Shown here: positions 1 to 10,268 of the stretch, piece by piece
Position numbering within the stretch: the first letter of the stretch is position 1
Layout: every line of letters begins with the position of its first letter
Source of the DNA: an uncultured Verrucomicrobiae bacterium
Lineage (GTDB): Bacteria; Verrucomicrobiota; Verrucomicrobiia; Opitutales; JABDGR01
Reading direction: 5' to 3'
Assembly: GCA_963765205.1 (NCBI GenBank)
Contig: CAVXVB010000009.1
Coordinates: 288,001-352,000 of the forward strand
Length of the DNA: 64,000 nucleotides
Translations under genes and position numbers: made by a program
Notes under the pieces: model-generated
Told to the model about the DNA's origin: nothing
Databases searched by the model: none
What the model saw: the letters and a program-made list of their open reading frames with translations, nothing else

Positions 1-26
1 ATTTCTTCGCCGCCGACCGCGGCACG

Positions 27-380
27 ATGCCGAAAATCGCCTACATGATTGACCAGTGCCACAACGAGAAGCCGAAGATCGAGGCGACGATCCAGACCGT
101 GGTCATGGCGCAGGAATTGTATGTGAAAGCCGCCCTCGTGGACCATGAGGCCCTGCGTGCGGCGCAGGCGCGCCACGACGTGGTCTCGGCGGAACTGGAA
201 TTGAAAAAGGCGTTTTTCGCCGACGTGGTGCCCGCGCTGCTGGCCTGGCGCAAGGCGAATGATTTGCCGGCCGACCCGCTGAAGGAGCACCGCCGCAGCG
301 GCTACGAGCGCCACGCGGCCAAGGATCGTCGCGCTCGGCGGATTGCGCTCGGCATCACGCAGGGCGGAAGTTTTGCGTGA
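27..380 (+). CDS. hypothetical protein (possibly 5'-truncated by the window edge; phage/island-like)
   Basis: 117 aa ORF with GC-rich codon usage; frame is open to the window start; stop directly abuts the next ATG. Confidence 0.5.
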   Translation: MPKIAYMIDQCHNEKPKIEATIQTVVMAQELYVKAALVDHEALRAAQARHDVVSAELELKKAFFADVVPALLAWRKANDLPADPLKEHRRSGYERHAAKDRRARRIALGITQGGSFA

Positions 381-1184
381 ATGGAGTTAATATCTCTTAT
401 GCAATGGACGACCCCGCCTGCGAACATAATTCCTCGATCAGTACAGACCGGGGTCTGCTGGTGGTGTGGCAACACCGCGAGTTCACGGGAGCATCGAATA
501 AAACGTTCCGATATTATCCGGGAATTTGGATCCAAAATCGATCCTGATATTCTCGGGATCAATATGGGGATACTATCAGAGACCCTCGTTGGGCCAAACG
601 CAAAACAGTATAAATTTAAGCCGAGCCTTTGTGCGTCTTGCAATAATGCGCGAAGCCAACCCTTTGATAAAGCGCAAGAGCAATTTGCGAATTATTTTCG
701 CGATCACGAATTTGAAATCGCACAGGATTTAACTATCCCGACAACGACCATTTTCAATGAAAATCTGGTTGTCACCCTTGATGACCTTCAGCGCTATTTT
801 GTGAAGCACGTAGGGTGCCGTCTTGTGGCACTTGGCATATCTCCTTCACAAAACCTGCGTGATTATCTTGATAGCAAAGACGCACTTAGAGATTTGTCGT
901 TTTCCGGATCTATTTGCCGATCAACTTTCGAAATTCTTTCGCATTTGCCACCAGAAAAATCAGGAATGGCTGGGGATGACGATGTAACAGCATTGGAGGA
1001 CGGTCAGGGTAACGTTTTTCAAATGGATAGCGTTTGGATTTATCGCAGCTTTCACCTCCATTGGTCGTACCGTTGGCAATCTCATCAACCTCTAGTAAAT
1101 CCATTTGCAACTGATATGAAGCTGTCAATGGACCCAAGGCCCGCTATTCCCTTTATTATTGCCTCTAAACTCGAAAAACAGTGA
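381..1184 (+). CDS. putative HNH-like zinc-binding endonuclease, low GC
   Basis: CWWC...REH...LCASCNN motif typical of HNH nucleases; markedly AT-richer than its flanks. Confidence 0.6.
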   Translation: MELISLMQWTTPPANIIPRSVQTGVCWWCGNTASSREHRIKRSDIIREFGSKIDPDILGINMGILSETLVGPNAKQYKFKPSLCASCNNARSQPFDKAQEQFANYFRDHEFEIAQDLTIPTTTIFNENLVVTLDDLQRYFVKHVGCRLVALGISPSQNLRDYLDSKDALRDLSFSGSICRSTFEILSHLPPEKSGMAGDDDVTALEDGQGNVFQMDSVWIYRSFHLHWSYRWQSHQPLVNPFATDMKLSMDPRPAIPFIIASKLEKQ

Positions 1185-1195
1185 CCCGTCCCGTC

Positions 1196-1296
1196 GCCGC
1201 GGTTGGCGTCTCGCCGACCGCGTCTTTTCATAAGCCGGAGGTGCGTTATACCTCGCGGATTTTCGAAGATGTCCTCGGCGAGACGCCCGCGCTCCC
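1196..1296. repeat. REP/REPIN-like inverted pair
   Basis: GGCGTCTCGCCGA (1205-1217) inverted with TCGGCGAGACGCC (1275-1287), between convergent genes. Confidence 0.45.
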
Positions 1297-1338
1297 CGGG
1301 ACTGCCAATCCTCAAGCCAAAACAATTCTGGGTTGGTA

Positions 1339-2313
1339 TCAGCCAGCGCCATCCAGACGCGGCGGGAGTTGGCCGGAGGGGAGGTTCAGGTAGGTGCGTT
1401 CGAGGGACTGGCCGCGGGTGACGGAGGAGATGCGCGCGTTGTGGTCGAGGAGGGCGCGCAGGGCCGCGCCGATGATGTCCTCCGCCTCGCGGCCGGGTTG
1501 GGCGGTGAAACTGATTTTCAGCGTGTGGGTAGCGGCATCCCATTCGACCGTGGAGCCGGGGAGGGCGGCGCGGAGCTGGTCGAGGGGGCGGGGGCCGTCG
1601 GCGAGGGTGATTTGGATTTCGTCGTTGCGGCCGGTCACGTCGGCGATGGCGCCGGACTTCATCAGGCGGCCATGGTCAATGAGGGCGACGTGGTCGCAGA
1701 TGGTTTCGAGTTCGTGGAGGTTATGCGAGCTGACGACGATGGCGCGGGTGCCGCGCTGGCTGGCGATGAATTGGCGGATGTCGTTGGCCTGGCGGGGGTC
1801 GAGGCCGTTGGTCGGCTCGTCGAGCAGGACGAGTTCGGGTTCGCCCAAAAAGGCCTGGCCGATGCCGAGGCGGCGCAACATGCCGTGCGAAAGGGTTTTG
1901 GTGCGGTGCCGGGCACGGTCGGTCAAGTCCACGAGTTGCAGGATGCGGTCCACTTCGCCGCGGATTTTCGCGCGGGAGATGCCTTGGAGGCGGCCGAGGT
2001 AGGTGAGCTGGTCCACGAGCGTCAAATCGCGGCCGAGCGCGGCGTCCTGCGGGAGCGCGGTGACGCGGCCGCGGTGGCGCTTGGCGTTGAAGGGGCCGTC
2101 GCCGAGGAGGCTGACGGTGCCGCGGTCGGGCTTCAAAAATCCGCAGGCGACGGCGAAGGCGGTGGTTTTGCCGGCGCCGTTTTGGCCGATGAGGCCGAAA
2201 ATCGAGCCGCGCGGCACCACCAAGTCGAGGCCGTTGAGGGCGTGGTTGGCGCCGTAACTTTTGCCGACGGCTTGGAGGCGCAGGGCGGGCGCGCTGGAGT
2301 CAGATAGGTTCAC
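1339..2313 (-). CDS. ABC transporter ATP-binding protein
   Basis: Walker A GQNGAGKTT, signature LSHGM, Walker B LLDEPT; GTG start overlaps the permease stop (GTGA). Confidence 0.92.
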   Translation of the reverse strand: MNLSDSSAPALRLQAVGKSYGANHALNGLDLVVPRGSIFGLIGQNGAGKTTAFAVACGFLKPDRGTVSLLGDGPFNAKRHRGRVTALPQDAALGRDLTLVDQLTYLGRLQGISRAKIRGEVDRILQLVDLTDRARHRTKTLSHGMLRRLGIGQAFLGEPELVLLDEPTNGLDPRQANDIRQFIASQRGTRAIVVSSHNLHELETICDHVALIDHGRLMKSGAIADVTGRNDEIQITLADGPRPLDQLRAALPGSTVEWDAATHTLKISFTAQPGREAEDIIGAALRALLDHNARISSVTRGQSLERTYLNLPSGQLPPRLDGAG

Positions 2314-3296
2314 AGGTCCCTCCGGCGGTAGAAAATTAGCCCGATGCCGGCATAGAGCGCGGCGAGGAAAATGAGCGACGCCATCGCCCAGCCGTAGGTG
2401 CCCGGTTGCACATACCACAAATCGTATTGATGCGAGTAAGGGGTCAGAAAATCAATGACCTTCCAGGCTTGGGCCTGCGCGCCGCCGTTGGGCAGCGAGG
2501 CGAGATAAACCTGCGCGAGATGGTGCGTGATCCACAGGCCGACGAGGCCCATGATCGAAAAAGTGCGCGACGCGACCGGGGAACTCGAATTCATCGAGCA
2601 CAGCCCGGCCAGGCCAAGAAACGCCATGCAGTAGCAGGCCAGGCGCGGCCAGAACAACAAAATCGAAAGCAAGGAGGGGAAAAATTCAAAATCCGACAAT
2701 TTCCACCAGGCGATGGCCATGCACATGCCGCCGGCCAGCAGCGTCAGCAACCAGATTGTCACGGCTTGCCCCAGTACTTTGCCCAACACAAATTCCGCGC
2801 GCCCGGTGCGCAGGCCGACGAAGCGCACGCCGCGCGTCTGAATCTCCTGCGCGATGGATTCGGAGGAGGTGAGCATGATGACGAGCGGCATCACGAAGAA
2901 CGAAATCCAGAAATGAAAAAGCGTGATCGGCGGCTCATACACCAGAAAGTCGAACGTGTCCTTGTCGGGGACGATGCGGCGCAACATTGCGTTAAAGGGC
3001 GAGGTGTCCTGGAGGAGATCGCGTTGGGCCAGGGCGTTGGGGTCGGCGGGTCGGGCGGGGGTGGTGGCTTGGCGGTCGGGCCGGCGGGGGCCGAAGTCGC
3101 CGAACGGCCCGCGATTGCGGCCCATGTTGCTGATGGGCTGGACGTAGGTTAAGGCTTGTGTGAAAAAATAGGAACCGACGGCCGCAACAATCAGGTAGAG
3201 CGCCGCGAACAAAATGGCACGGCGGCTGCGCGTCATGTCGCGCAGTTCAAAGCCGGCGACCAGGAAGCAGTCCCGGAAGAAGGTGGGGCCGAACAT
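2310..3296 (-). CDS. ABC-2 type transporter permease
   Basis: about 6 hydrophobic segments, ESIAQEIQTRG..RAEFVLGK motif, coupled to the ATPase. Confidence 0.85.
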   Translation of the reverse strand: MFGPTFFRDCFLVAGFELRDMTRSRRAILFAALYLIVAAVGSYFFTQALTYVQPISNMGRNRGPFGDFGPRRPDRQATTPARPADPNALAQRDLLQDTSPFNAMLRRIVPDKDTFDFLVYEPPITLFHFWISFFVMPLVIMLTSSESIAQEIQTRGVRFVGLRTGRAEFVLGKVLGQAVTIWLLTLLAGGMCMAIAWWKLSDFEFFPSLLSILLFWPRLACYCMAFLGLAGLCSMNSSSPVASRTFSIMGLVGLWITHHLAQVYLASLPNGGAQAQAWKVIDFLTPYSHQYDLWYVQPGTYGWAMASLIFLAALYAGIGLIFYRRRDL

Positions 3297-3417
3297 AAGG
3301 CTTCCACAATGGCGGCGGGGAAGCGTCGGTCAATGGTCTTTCGTGTAATAGGCGCGTAATTTTTGGTTAGCCTCCGGGCGGAAAGCCGTGCATCCTCGGC
3401 GCGGTTGCTTCTTCGCC

Positions 3418-4155
3418 ATGTCTTTTCGCATTCTCCTCAACGGTTATCAGGGCCGCATGGGCCAGGCCATGCTCGCCGCCGCGCCGGGCGCGGGCGTCGA
3501 GGTCGCGCGTCGGCTGGACGCGGGGGACGCGCTCACCGCCGCCGCCTTCGAAGGCGTGGATGCTGCGGTGGATTTTAGCTCACACGAGGCGACGGCGGCG
3601 CTGGCGAAACTTGCCGCCAAGTGTCATGTTCCGCTCGTCATCGGGACGACGGGCCACACGCCCGCCGAGCGTCAGGCCATCACCGCGCTGGCGAAAAAAA
3701 CCCCGATTGTCTGGGCGGGCAATTATTCCGTCGGCGTGAACCTGCTCAATTTTCTCGCGCAGCGCGCGGCGACGGTGCTGGGGCCGCGTTACAACGTGGA
3801 AATTGTCGAGATGCACCATCGCGACAAAAAGGACGCGCCCAGTGGCACGGCGGAAAAACTGCTCGCCCTCGTGCGGGAAGCGCGCGGCCTCGGCGCGGAG
3901 AGCGTCACGCACGGGCGCCGCGGCCTGGTGGGCGCGCGGCCGGAGGAACAGATTGGCGTCCACTCCCTGCGCGGGGGCGAAGTGGTCGGCGACCACACGG
4001 TGATTTTTGCCGGCGACGGCGAGCGCCTGGAACTGACGCACCGGGCCTCCTCGCGCGCCATTTTCGCGGTCGGCGCGCTGCACGCCGCGCGGTGGGTCAA
4101 GGGCCGGCAGCCGGGGTTGTATGGGATGGAGGACGTGCTGGGGCTGAAAAGCTGA
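3418..4155 (+). CDS. dapB: 4-hydroxy-tetrahydrodipicolinate reductase
   Basis: GYQGRMG, VIGTTG, EMHHRDKKDAPSGTA, RGGEVVGDH motifs. Confidence 0.96.
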   Translation: MSFRILLNGYQGRMGQAMLAAAPGAGVEVARRLDAGDALTAAAFEGVDAAVDFSSHEATAALAKLAAKCHVPLVIGTTGHTPAERQAITALAKKTPIVWAGNYSVGVNLLNFLAQRAATVLGPRYNVEIVEMHHRDKKDAPSGTAEKLLALVREARGLGAESVTHGRRGLVGARPEEQIGVHSLRGGEVVGDHTVIFAGDGERLELTHRASSRAIFAVGALHAARWVKGRQPGLYGMEDVLGLKS

Positions 4156-4166
4156 CGCTTTTCAGG

Positions 4167-4270
4167 AATTATGATTTAAGATTTATGAATTATGAAATGA
4201 AGCCGGAAGCGATTTCACCGACCAGGGTTTGTTTCGTAATTCATAAATCATAATTCTGAATTCATAAATC
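4167..4270. repeat. inverted arrays of 7-bp tandem repeats (AATTATG / TTCATAA)
   Basis: 4-5 heptamers, a spacer, then 5 reverse-complement heptamers ending 4 nt before the ruvA ATG. Confidence 0.75.
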
Positions 4271-4274
4271 TCCC

Positions 4275-4880
4275 ATGATCGTCTCCCTCGAAGGCCTGTT
4301 GGTCGAATGCGCCCCGCTGCGCGCGGTGGTGGAGGCGCACGGCCTGGGCTACGAGGTGAACATCCCGCTGACAACGGCGGAGCGCCTGCCGGCCATCGGC
4401 CAGCGCGTGAAGCTTTACACCGTCGCGGTTTACCGCGAGGATTCGCAGCAGCTCTATGGTTTTGCCGCGCGCGAGGACCGCGATTTTTTCCACCTGCTGG
4501 TTGAAAAAGTGTCGGGCATCGGCCCGAAGACGGCGCTAAATTTACTGAGCCGCCTGTCTGCCGACACGTTGAAGGCGGCCATCGCGCAATCGAATGTCGC
4601 GCTGCTGTCGAAATGCCCCGGCATCGGCAAGAAGACGGCGGAGCGGCTGGTGGTGGAACTGCGCGACAAAGTGCTGGGCGGCGGAATGACGGCGCTGCCT
4701 GCGGAAGCGGCCGCGCCGGCGGGCCAGGACGGCAGCGTGTTCACCGACGCCGTGGGCGCGCTGATGGCGCTGGGCTACAACGCCCCCGACGCAGACAAAG
4801 CCGCGCGCCGCGCGCTTTCGATCCTTGGCGCGAAGGCCACCTCGGAGGCGCTGGTCAAAAAAGCGCTGGTGCAGGGCTAA
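4275..4880 (+). CDS. ruvA: Holliday junction branch migration protein RuvA
   Basis: GLGYEV, LYGF, VSGIGPKTAL, PGIGKKTAERLVVELRDK, ALMALGY. Confidence 0.96.
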   Translation: MIVSLEGLLVECAPLRAVVEAHGLGYEVNIPLTTAERLPAIGQRVKLYTVAVYREDSQQLYGFAAREDRDFFHLLVEKVSGIGPKTALNLLSRLSADTLKAAIAQSNVALLSKCPGIGKKTAERLVVELRDKVLGGGMTALPAEAAAPAGQDGSVFTDAVGALMALGYNAPDADKAARRALSILGAKATSEALVKKALVQG

Positions 4881-6802
4881 GGATTTTTTGCGGGCACCGA
4901 ACTTGCACCGGGATTTTGTTTTAACTGATTCACTAAATCGCGCAGGGCGGTGCTGTCGGGGCGCAGTTGGAGGGCGGCTTCATATTCGCGCAGGGCGTCG
5001 GCGGGGCGGTTGAGCTTGGCGTAGGTTTGCGCGAGGCTGTAGTGGGCTTCGGCGTAGTCGGGCTTCAGCGCGACGGCTAGCTGGAGGTCGGGCAGGGCCT
5101 GGTCGTAGTGGCCTTCGACGGCGAGGATATAGCCGAGGTCGTAGCGGATTTCGGCGGAGTCGCGGCCGAGGCGCAGGGCGGTGGCGAATTGTTCCTGCGC
5201 GTCCGCGATGCGTCCGCTGGTGAACATGATGTAGCCCAGGTTGGCGTGGGCGGCCACGTAATCGGGCTTGAGGTCTACGGCTTCCTGAAATTCAGCGTAG
5301 GCGTAATTATCCAAGCCGGCTTGCTTCATGATGAGGCCGAGTTGGAAATGGGCGACCGCATCGTTGGGATGGGCCTCAATTATTTTCCGTTGAATTTGCG
5401 CGGCGGCGTCGAAGTGCGCTTGCGCGTCCTCGCGACGGCCGACTTGTTGGGCGGCTTGCGCGAGCGTGAGGTGGGCGACCCAGGCGTCGGGGTTGGCTTG
5501 GACGGCGCGGGTAAAGAGCGCGTCGTCGTCGTGAAACACGCGGTCGTAACTGTGCGCCGACCAGGCGAGCGTGACGATGAGCGCCGCGCCCGTGCCCGCC
5601 AGCGTTTTCCGAAAAACCGGCCAGCGCGTCCAGGCCACGCTCGCCGCCGCCGCCGCCAATCCGACGATGCCGAGCAGCGGGAGATATGCGAAATGATCCG
5701 CCGTCCAGGTGATCCACATATAGGCCATCGTCACAAAGCCGAGGACGGGCACGAGGTTGAGCAGAAAAAAGCCGAGGCCGAGCAGGGCGGGGCGGCCCCA
5801 GGTGGCGCGCTTCATCCATAGCCAAACCAACAGCGCCGCGAGAGCCGGCCAGGGCAAAAATTGCGCGAGCGCGGGCGGTTCGACGGCCCAGCGCGGGTTC
5901 ATTGGCATCAGATTCACCGGTGCCACGCACTTGAATAAATAATAGGCAATGGCGAGGCCCGCGCGCGCGACGCGCGTGGCAAAACTGCCCGCGGGCACAT
6001 ATTCGTCGCCGATGCCGTGGTGGGCTTGAAACCAGACCGTAATCAAACCCAGCACAAATGCGGCGGCAAAAAAGGGCGCGGTCGCGTAAACGCTCTCACG
6101 CTCCAGCCGCCCGCGCTTCCGCCAGGCAAAAAGCAGGAGCACAAACGGCAGCATGACCACCGAGCTTTTGCTGAGCATCGCGGCGACAAAGAGGAGCCAG
6201 GACACGAGATATAACCGGCGGCGCGCGCGGCGGGCTGCGTTGGCGGACTGCGCGCGGGAAGTGCCGGCGTCGGAATCCGTCCACGCTACATATGCGACCA
6301 GCGACAGCAGGGCTAGAAACTGGGACAATGTATTTTTTAGCTCCGAGGCCTGCGCGACTGATTCGACCGCCAGCGGATGGACGACCCAGAGCAGCCCGCC
6401 GCACCAGGCCTGGCGCACGCCGAGTTGCGCCAGCAGCCGCCAGAGCAGCAGCCCGCAGCCGATGTGCAAAAGGACGTTGACGACGTGAAACGCGAACGGC
6501 TGGTTGCCAAAAACCTGCCACAGCGCCCAGTCCACGGTCGTCAACAACGGAAAGAAATCCACCTGCGAGGGCGCGAGCCAGATTTTCCACCAACCCGCCG
6601 GGTCCTGCACGGTCGCGTTGTTGCTGATCAGCAGCGTGTCGTCCCACACCCAGGTGCCGTGCAGGGCCGGGGCGTAAATCCAAAAGCCGAGCAGCACCAT
6701 CGCCGCGGCGGCAGCCAGCGCGGGGAACCTCTCCATGCGAGACACGGACGCGGGCCGAGCCGCTCCGGCGGGGAAAGTGGCACCTGGTTTCCCCTTTTTC
6801 AT
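4877..6802 (-). CDS. TMTC-like multi-TM glycosyltransferase with C-terminal TPR repeats
   Basis: WDD, FHVVNVLLH, HPLAVESV, ADHFAYLP motifs, many TM helices, TPRs; start uncertain (6802 or 6736). Confidence 0.8.
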   Translation of the reverse strand: MKKGKPGATFPAGAARPASVSRMERFPALAAAAAMVLLGFWIYAPALHGTWVWDDTLLISNNATVQDPAGWWKIWLAPSQVDFFPLLTTVDWALWQVFGNQPFAFHVVNVLLHIGCGLLLWRLLAQLGVRQAWCGGLLWVVHPLAVESVAQASELKNTLSQFLALLSLVAYVAWTDSDAGTSRAQSANAARRARRRLYLVSWLLFVAAMLSKSSVVMLPFVLLLFAWRKRGRLERESVYATAPFFAAAFVLGLITVWFQAHHGIGDEYVPAGSFATRVARAGLAIAYYLFKCVAPVNLMPMNPRWAVEPPALAQFLPWPALAALLVWLWMKRATWGRPALLGLGFFLLNLVPVLGFVTMAYMWITWTADHFAYLPLLGIVGLAAAAASVAWTRWPVFRKTLAGTGAALIVTLAWSAHSYDRVFHDDDALFTRAVQANPDAWVAHLTLAQAAQQVGRREDAQAHFDAAAQIQRKIIEAHPNDAVAHFQLGLIMKQAGLDNYAYAEFQEAVDLKPDYVAAHANLGYIMFTSGRIADAQEQFATALRLGRDSAEIRYDLGYILAVEGHYDQALPDLQLAVALKPDYAEAHYSLAQTYAKLNRPADALREYEAALQLRPDSTALRDLVNQLKQNPGASSVPAKNP

Positions 6803-6863
6803 TGGGTCGTGGTTATTCTTCGCACCGCAATGGGAGTTTGCCGGAAGCGCCGCCGCCCGAATT

Positions 6864-8147
6864 TCAGACCACCGTTCCGTTGGGGACGAGGCCGTTTTTG
6901 GCGACGATGATGACGCCGTCGCGGACGAAGAGGTCGCCTTGCTGCCATTGGTCGGGCTTGCCGTCGGGGGAGAGGTGGACGTTATCGCCGATGCGGGCGT
7001 TTTTATCAATGATGGCGTTTTTGATGACGCAATGTTTGCCAACGCCGATGTCGGGCTGGCCGGCCTTGCGGCTACGCACGCGGTCGGCCTCGGTCTCATA
7101 CTGGTCGGCGCCCATCATGACGACGCGCTCGAAGCTGGTACCTTCGCCGATATAGGAGCGCACGCCGATGATGGCGTGGTTGATTTTTGCGGAATGGAGC
7201 GTGCTGCCGGCGGCGACGACAGCGCGGTCGAGGACGGCATTGGTGAATTTGGGCGGGGGCAGGTAATTAAGATGCGTGAAAATCGGGTGGTTGTGGTTGT
7301 ATAAGTCGAAGGGCGGATTTTCGGTGGCGAGGAGCAGATTCGCCTCGAAGAATGCGCCGACGGTGCCGATGTCCTCCCAGTAATCGTCAAAGACAAAACT
7401 GAAGAGTTTCTTTCTCCCGAGCAGGCCGGGGATGATTTCCTTGCCGAAGTCGAGGGCGTGGCCGTCCATGGCCTCCTTGATGACTCGGCCGGTGAAGACA
7501 TATATACCCATCGAGGCCAGGCAGTATTCGCGGCCGGGCTGGGCGTGCTTGATGCGGGCGCGCACGGTGGCGCCCACGACCAGGCTGTCCACGATGATGG
7601 GGTCCTTGGGTTTTTCGGCAAACTGGGTGATGGTCAGGTCCTCGGCCACGCGCATGACGCCGAGGCCGTGGACTTCCTCCTTCGGCATGGCTTTGGCGGC
7701 GATCGTGATGTCGGCGCCGGTGGCGCGGTGCTGGGCGATGATTTCGCGGAAGTCCATCCGGTAAAGCTGGTCGCCGGAGAGGATGAGGAACAGATCGTCG
7801 TCCGCGCCGCGGAAGTGGTGCATGTTTTGGCGGACGGCGTCGGCGGTGCCTTGATACCATTGTTCGCTGGCGTGGGTCTGCTCGGCGGAGAGGATGTCCA
7901 CAAAGCCGTTGTCAAAGGGGTCGAACTGGTAGGCGGACTGGATGTGGCGGTGGAGCGAAGCGGTGTTGAACTGCGTGAGCAGGTAAATCTGGTTGTAGCC
8001 GGAATGGATGCAGTTGCTGATGGGGATGTCCACCAGGCGGTATTTGCCGCCGAGGGGCACGGCGGGCTTGCAGCGGTCCTTGGTCAGGGGATGGAGGCGG
8101 CTGCCGCGGCCACCGCCCATGATGATGGAAATTACGCGGGAGGTCAT
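6864..8147 (-). CDS. glgC: glucose-1-phosphate adenylyltransferase
   Basis: GGGRGSRLHPLT, KPAVPLGGKYRLVDIPISNC, GTADAVRQ, ASMGIYVF, YWEDIGT. Confidence 0.96.
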   Translation of the reverse strand: MTSRVISIIMGGGRGSRLHPLTKDRCKPAVPLGGKYRLVDIPISNCIHSGYNQIYLLTQFNTASLHRHIQSAYQFDPFDNGFVDILSAEQTHASEQWYQGTADAVRQNMHHFRGADDDLFLILSGDQLYRMDFREIIAQHRATGADITIAAKAMPKEEVHGLGVMRVAEDLTITQFAEKPKDPIIVDSLVVGATVRARIKHAQPGREYCLASMGIYVFTGRVIKEAMDGHALDFGKEIIPGLLGRKKLFSFVFDDYWEDIGTVGAFFEANLLLATENPPFDLYNHNHPIFTHLNYLPPPKFTNAVLDRAVVAAGSTLHSAKINHAIIGVRSYIGEGTSFERVVMMGADQYETEADRVRSRKAGQPDIGVGKHCVIKNAIIDKNARIGDNVHLSPDGKPDQWQQGDLFVRDGVIIVAKNGLVPNGTVV

Positions 8148-8154
8148 AAAAGCG

Positions 8155-8189
8155 AAATAAGAATTATGAATTAAGAATTAAGAAATAAA
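8155..8189. repeat. 7-bp tandem repeat (AATTAWG) immediately upstream of glgC
   Basis: AAATAAG AATTATG AATTAAG AATTAAG AAATAAA; same family as 4167-4270. Confidence 0.65.
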
Positions 8190-8387
8190 AATCAAAAAAG
8201 AAGGAAGAAAAAAGAAAAGGAGTGAAAAAAATCCGGGCGGGAAAAAATTGCGGAACAAAGGGGGCGGACGAGTGACTAACGGACGACCAACCCAGACACG
8301 AAGGGCAGCGGGCTGGTGCGCGGGGGTGGGGTGGGGCGCATCGGGCCTTGCGTAAGCCTGTGGTTTTGCGTTAGCTTGGCAATTCTT

Positions 8388-10259
8388 ATGTGTGGCATCG
8401 TCGGCTATGTGGGCAAACAAGCGGCCAGTGGCATCCTGCTGGAGGGCCTCAAGCGGCTCGAATACCGGGGTTACGACTCCGCGGGCTTGGCCGTGAACAC
8501 GCGGTCCGGCCTCCAAGTGATCAAAAAGGCGGGCCGCGTCGAAGTCCTCGCGCGCGCCGCCATAGGGGTCAAGGACTCCGCGCACACGGGCATTGCGCAC
8601 ACGCGTTGGGCGACGCACGGGCGGGTGACGGACGCGAACGCGCACCCGCACGTCAGCTCCGACCACAAAATCGCGCTGTGCCACAACGGGGTCATCGAGA
8701 ATTACCTGGCGATCAAAAAGTTCTGCGAGAACCACGGCTACACTTTCCAGTCCGAGACCGACACGGAGGTGCTCGCCAACCTCATTGCCTACCATTACCA
8801 GAAAGAGCCGCCAGAGCAGAAAACGGCGGCGGGGAACGGCAAGAACCGCTTTCTCACCGCAGTGCGCAAGGCGCTTTTGCACGTTGAGGGCACCTATGGC
8901 ATTGCGGTGCTGTGTGCAGACCAGCCGGGCCACATCGTCGGCGCGCGCAAAGGCTCGCCGTTGGTCGTGGGTGTGGGCAACGGCGAGAACATGATCGCCT
9001 CGGATGTCTCAGCCTTCACCGGCCGCACGCAGAACGTTATCTACCTCGACGACGGCCAGGTCGTGCATTTGACTGCGGACGACTTCAGCATCACCACGAC
9101 CGCCGACGAGGCGGTGGACCCGGTCATCGCCAAGGTGGACTGGGAAATTGAGCAGGCCGAGTTGGGGCACTTCACGCATTTTATGGAGAAGGAAATTTTC
9201 GAGCAGCCCGTCGCGCTCGAAAACGCGATCCGCGGGCGCTTTTCCGACGACCAAAGCACTGCAAAATTTGGCGGCCTCAATATTGACCCGCTGCAACTGC
9301 GCCATGTGGACCGGTTGTTGTTTTGCGCGTGCGGCACCGCCTGGCACGCCTGCCTCGTTGCCGAATATCTGATTGAGCGTTTCGCGCGCATCCCGGTCGA
9401 GGTCGAATACGCGAGCGAGTTCCGCTACCGCAATGCGCCGCTGGACAAGAACACGCTCGTGCTGGTCATCTCGCAATCCGGCGAGACGATTGACACGCTG
9501 GAGGCGCTCCGCGAGGCCAAGCGCAAGGGTTTTCGCACGCTGGCGGTCATCAATGTCGTCGGCTCGACCATCGCGCGCGAGACCGACGGGGGCATCTACC
9601 AGCACGCCGGCCCGGAAATCGGCGTCGCTTCGACCAAGGCGTTCACCTCGCAAATTTTGCTGGCGGCCATGCTCGCGCTTTATTTTGGCCGCGCGCGGGA
9701 TTTGAGTTTCACCGAGGGCCGCACGATGGTTGACGCCCTGCGCACGGTGCCCGGCCTGGCGAGCCAGGTGCTGGATCAGGCGGACAAAATCAAGGTCATT
9801 GCGAAAAAATACGCGCAGGCGGAGGACTTTTTGTTTTTGGGCCGGCAGGCGATGTTTCCCATCGCCCTCGAGGGTGCGCTCAAGCTCAAGGAAATTTCCT
9901 ACATCCATGCCGAGGGCTATCCCGCCGCGGAGATGAAGCACGGCCCCATTGCCCTCATCAGCCCGGAATGCCCGACGGTGTTCCTCGCGCCGCGCGGCGA
10001 GATGCTGAAAAAACTCATTTCCAACATCCAGGAAGTGCGCGCGCGCAAAGGCCCGGTCATCTGCATCACCTCCGCCCCGCGCGACGAATTGCCCGAGGAT
10101 TTGGTCGACGACATCATCCGCGTGCCCGACGCGCACGAGGCCATCCAGCCGATTCTCTTTACGCTGCCCATCCAGTTGCTGGCGTATTACATCGCCTGCG
10201 AACGCGGCTGCGACGTGGACAAGCCGCGCAACCTGGCCAAATCGGTGACGGTGGAATGA
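8388..10259 (+). CDS. glmS: glutamine--fructose-6-phosphate transaminase
   Basis: MCGIVG N-terminus, LEYRGYDSAG, HTRWATHG, SQSGET, C-terminal PRNLAKSVTVE. Confidence 0.98.
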   Translation: MCGIVGYVGKQAASGILLEGLKRLEYRGYDSAGLAVNTRSGLQVIKKAGRVEVLARAAIGVKDSAHTGIAHTRWATHGRVTDANAHPHVSSDHKIALCHNGVIENYLAIKKFCENHGYTFQSETDTEVLANLIAYHYQKEPPEQKTAAGNGKNRFLTAVRKALLHVEGTYGIAVLCADQPGHIVGARKGSPLVVGVGNGENMIASDVSAFTGRTQNVIYLDDGQVVHLTADDFSITTTADEAVDPVIAKVDWEIEQAELGHFTHFMEKEIFEQPVALENAIRGRFSDDQSTAKFGGLNIDPLQLRHVDRLLFCACGTAWHACLVAEYLIERFARIPVEVEYASEFRYRNAPLDKNTLVLVISQSGETIDTLEALREAKRKGFRTLAVINVVGSTIARETDGGIYQHAGPEIGVASTKAFTSQILLAAMLALYFGRARDLSFTEGRTMVDALRTVPGLASQVLDQADKIKVIAKKYAQAEDFLFLGRQAMFPIALEGALKLKEISYIHAEGYPAAEMKHGPIALISPECPTVFLAPRGEMLKKLISNIQEVRARKGPVICITSAPRDELPEDLVDDIIRVPDAHEAIQPILFTLPIQLLAYYIACERGCDVDKPRNLAKSVTVE

Positions 10260-10268
10260 AGTTTTCCC

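Noticed and set aside
8190..8387. glmS ribozyme upstream of glmS
   Set aside because: No recognisable conserved ribozyme core; the region is a divergent promoter with low-complexity tracts.
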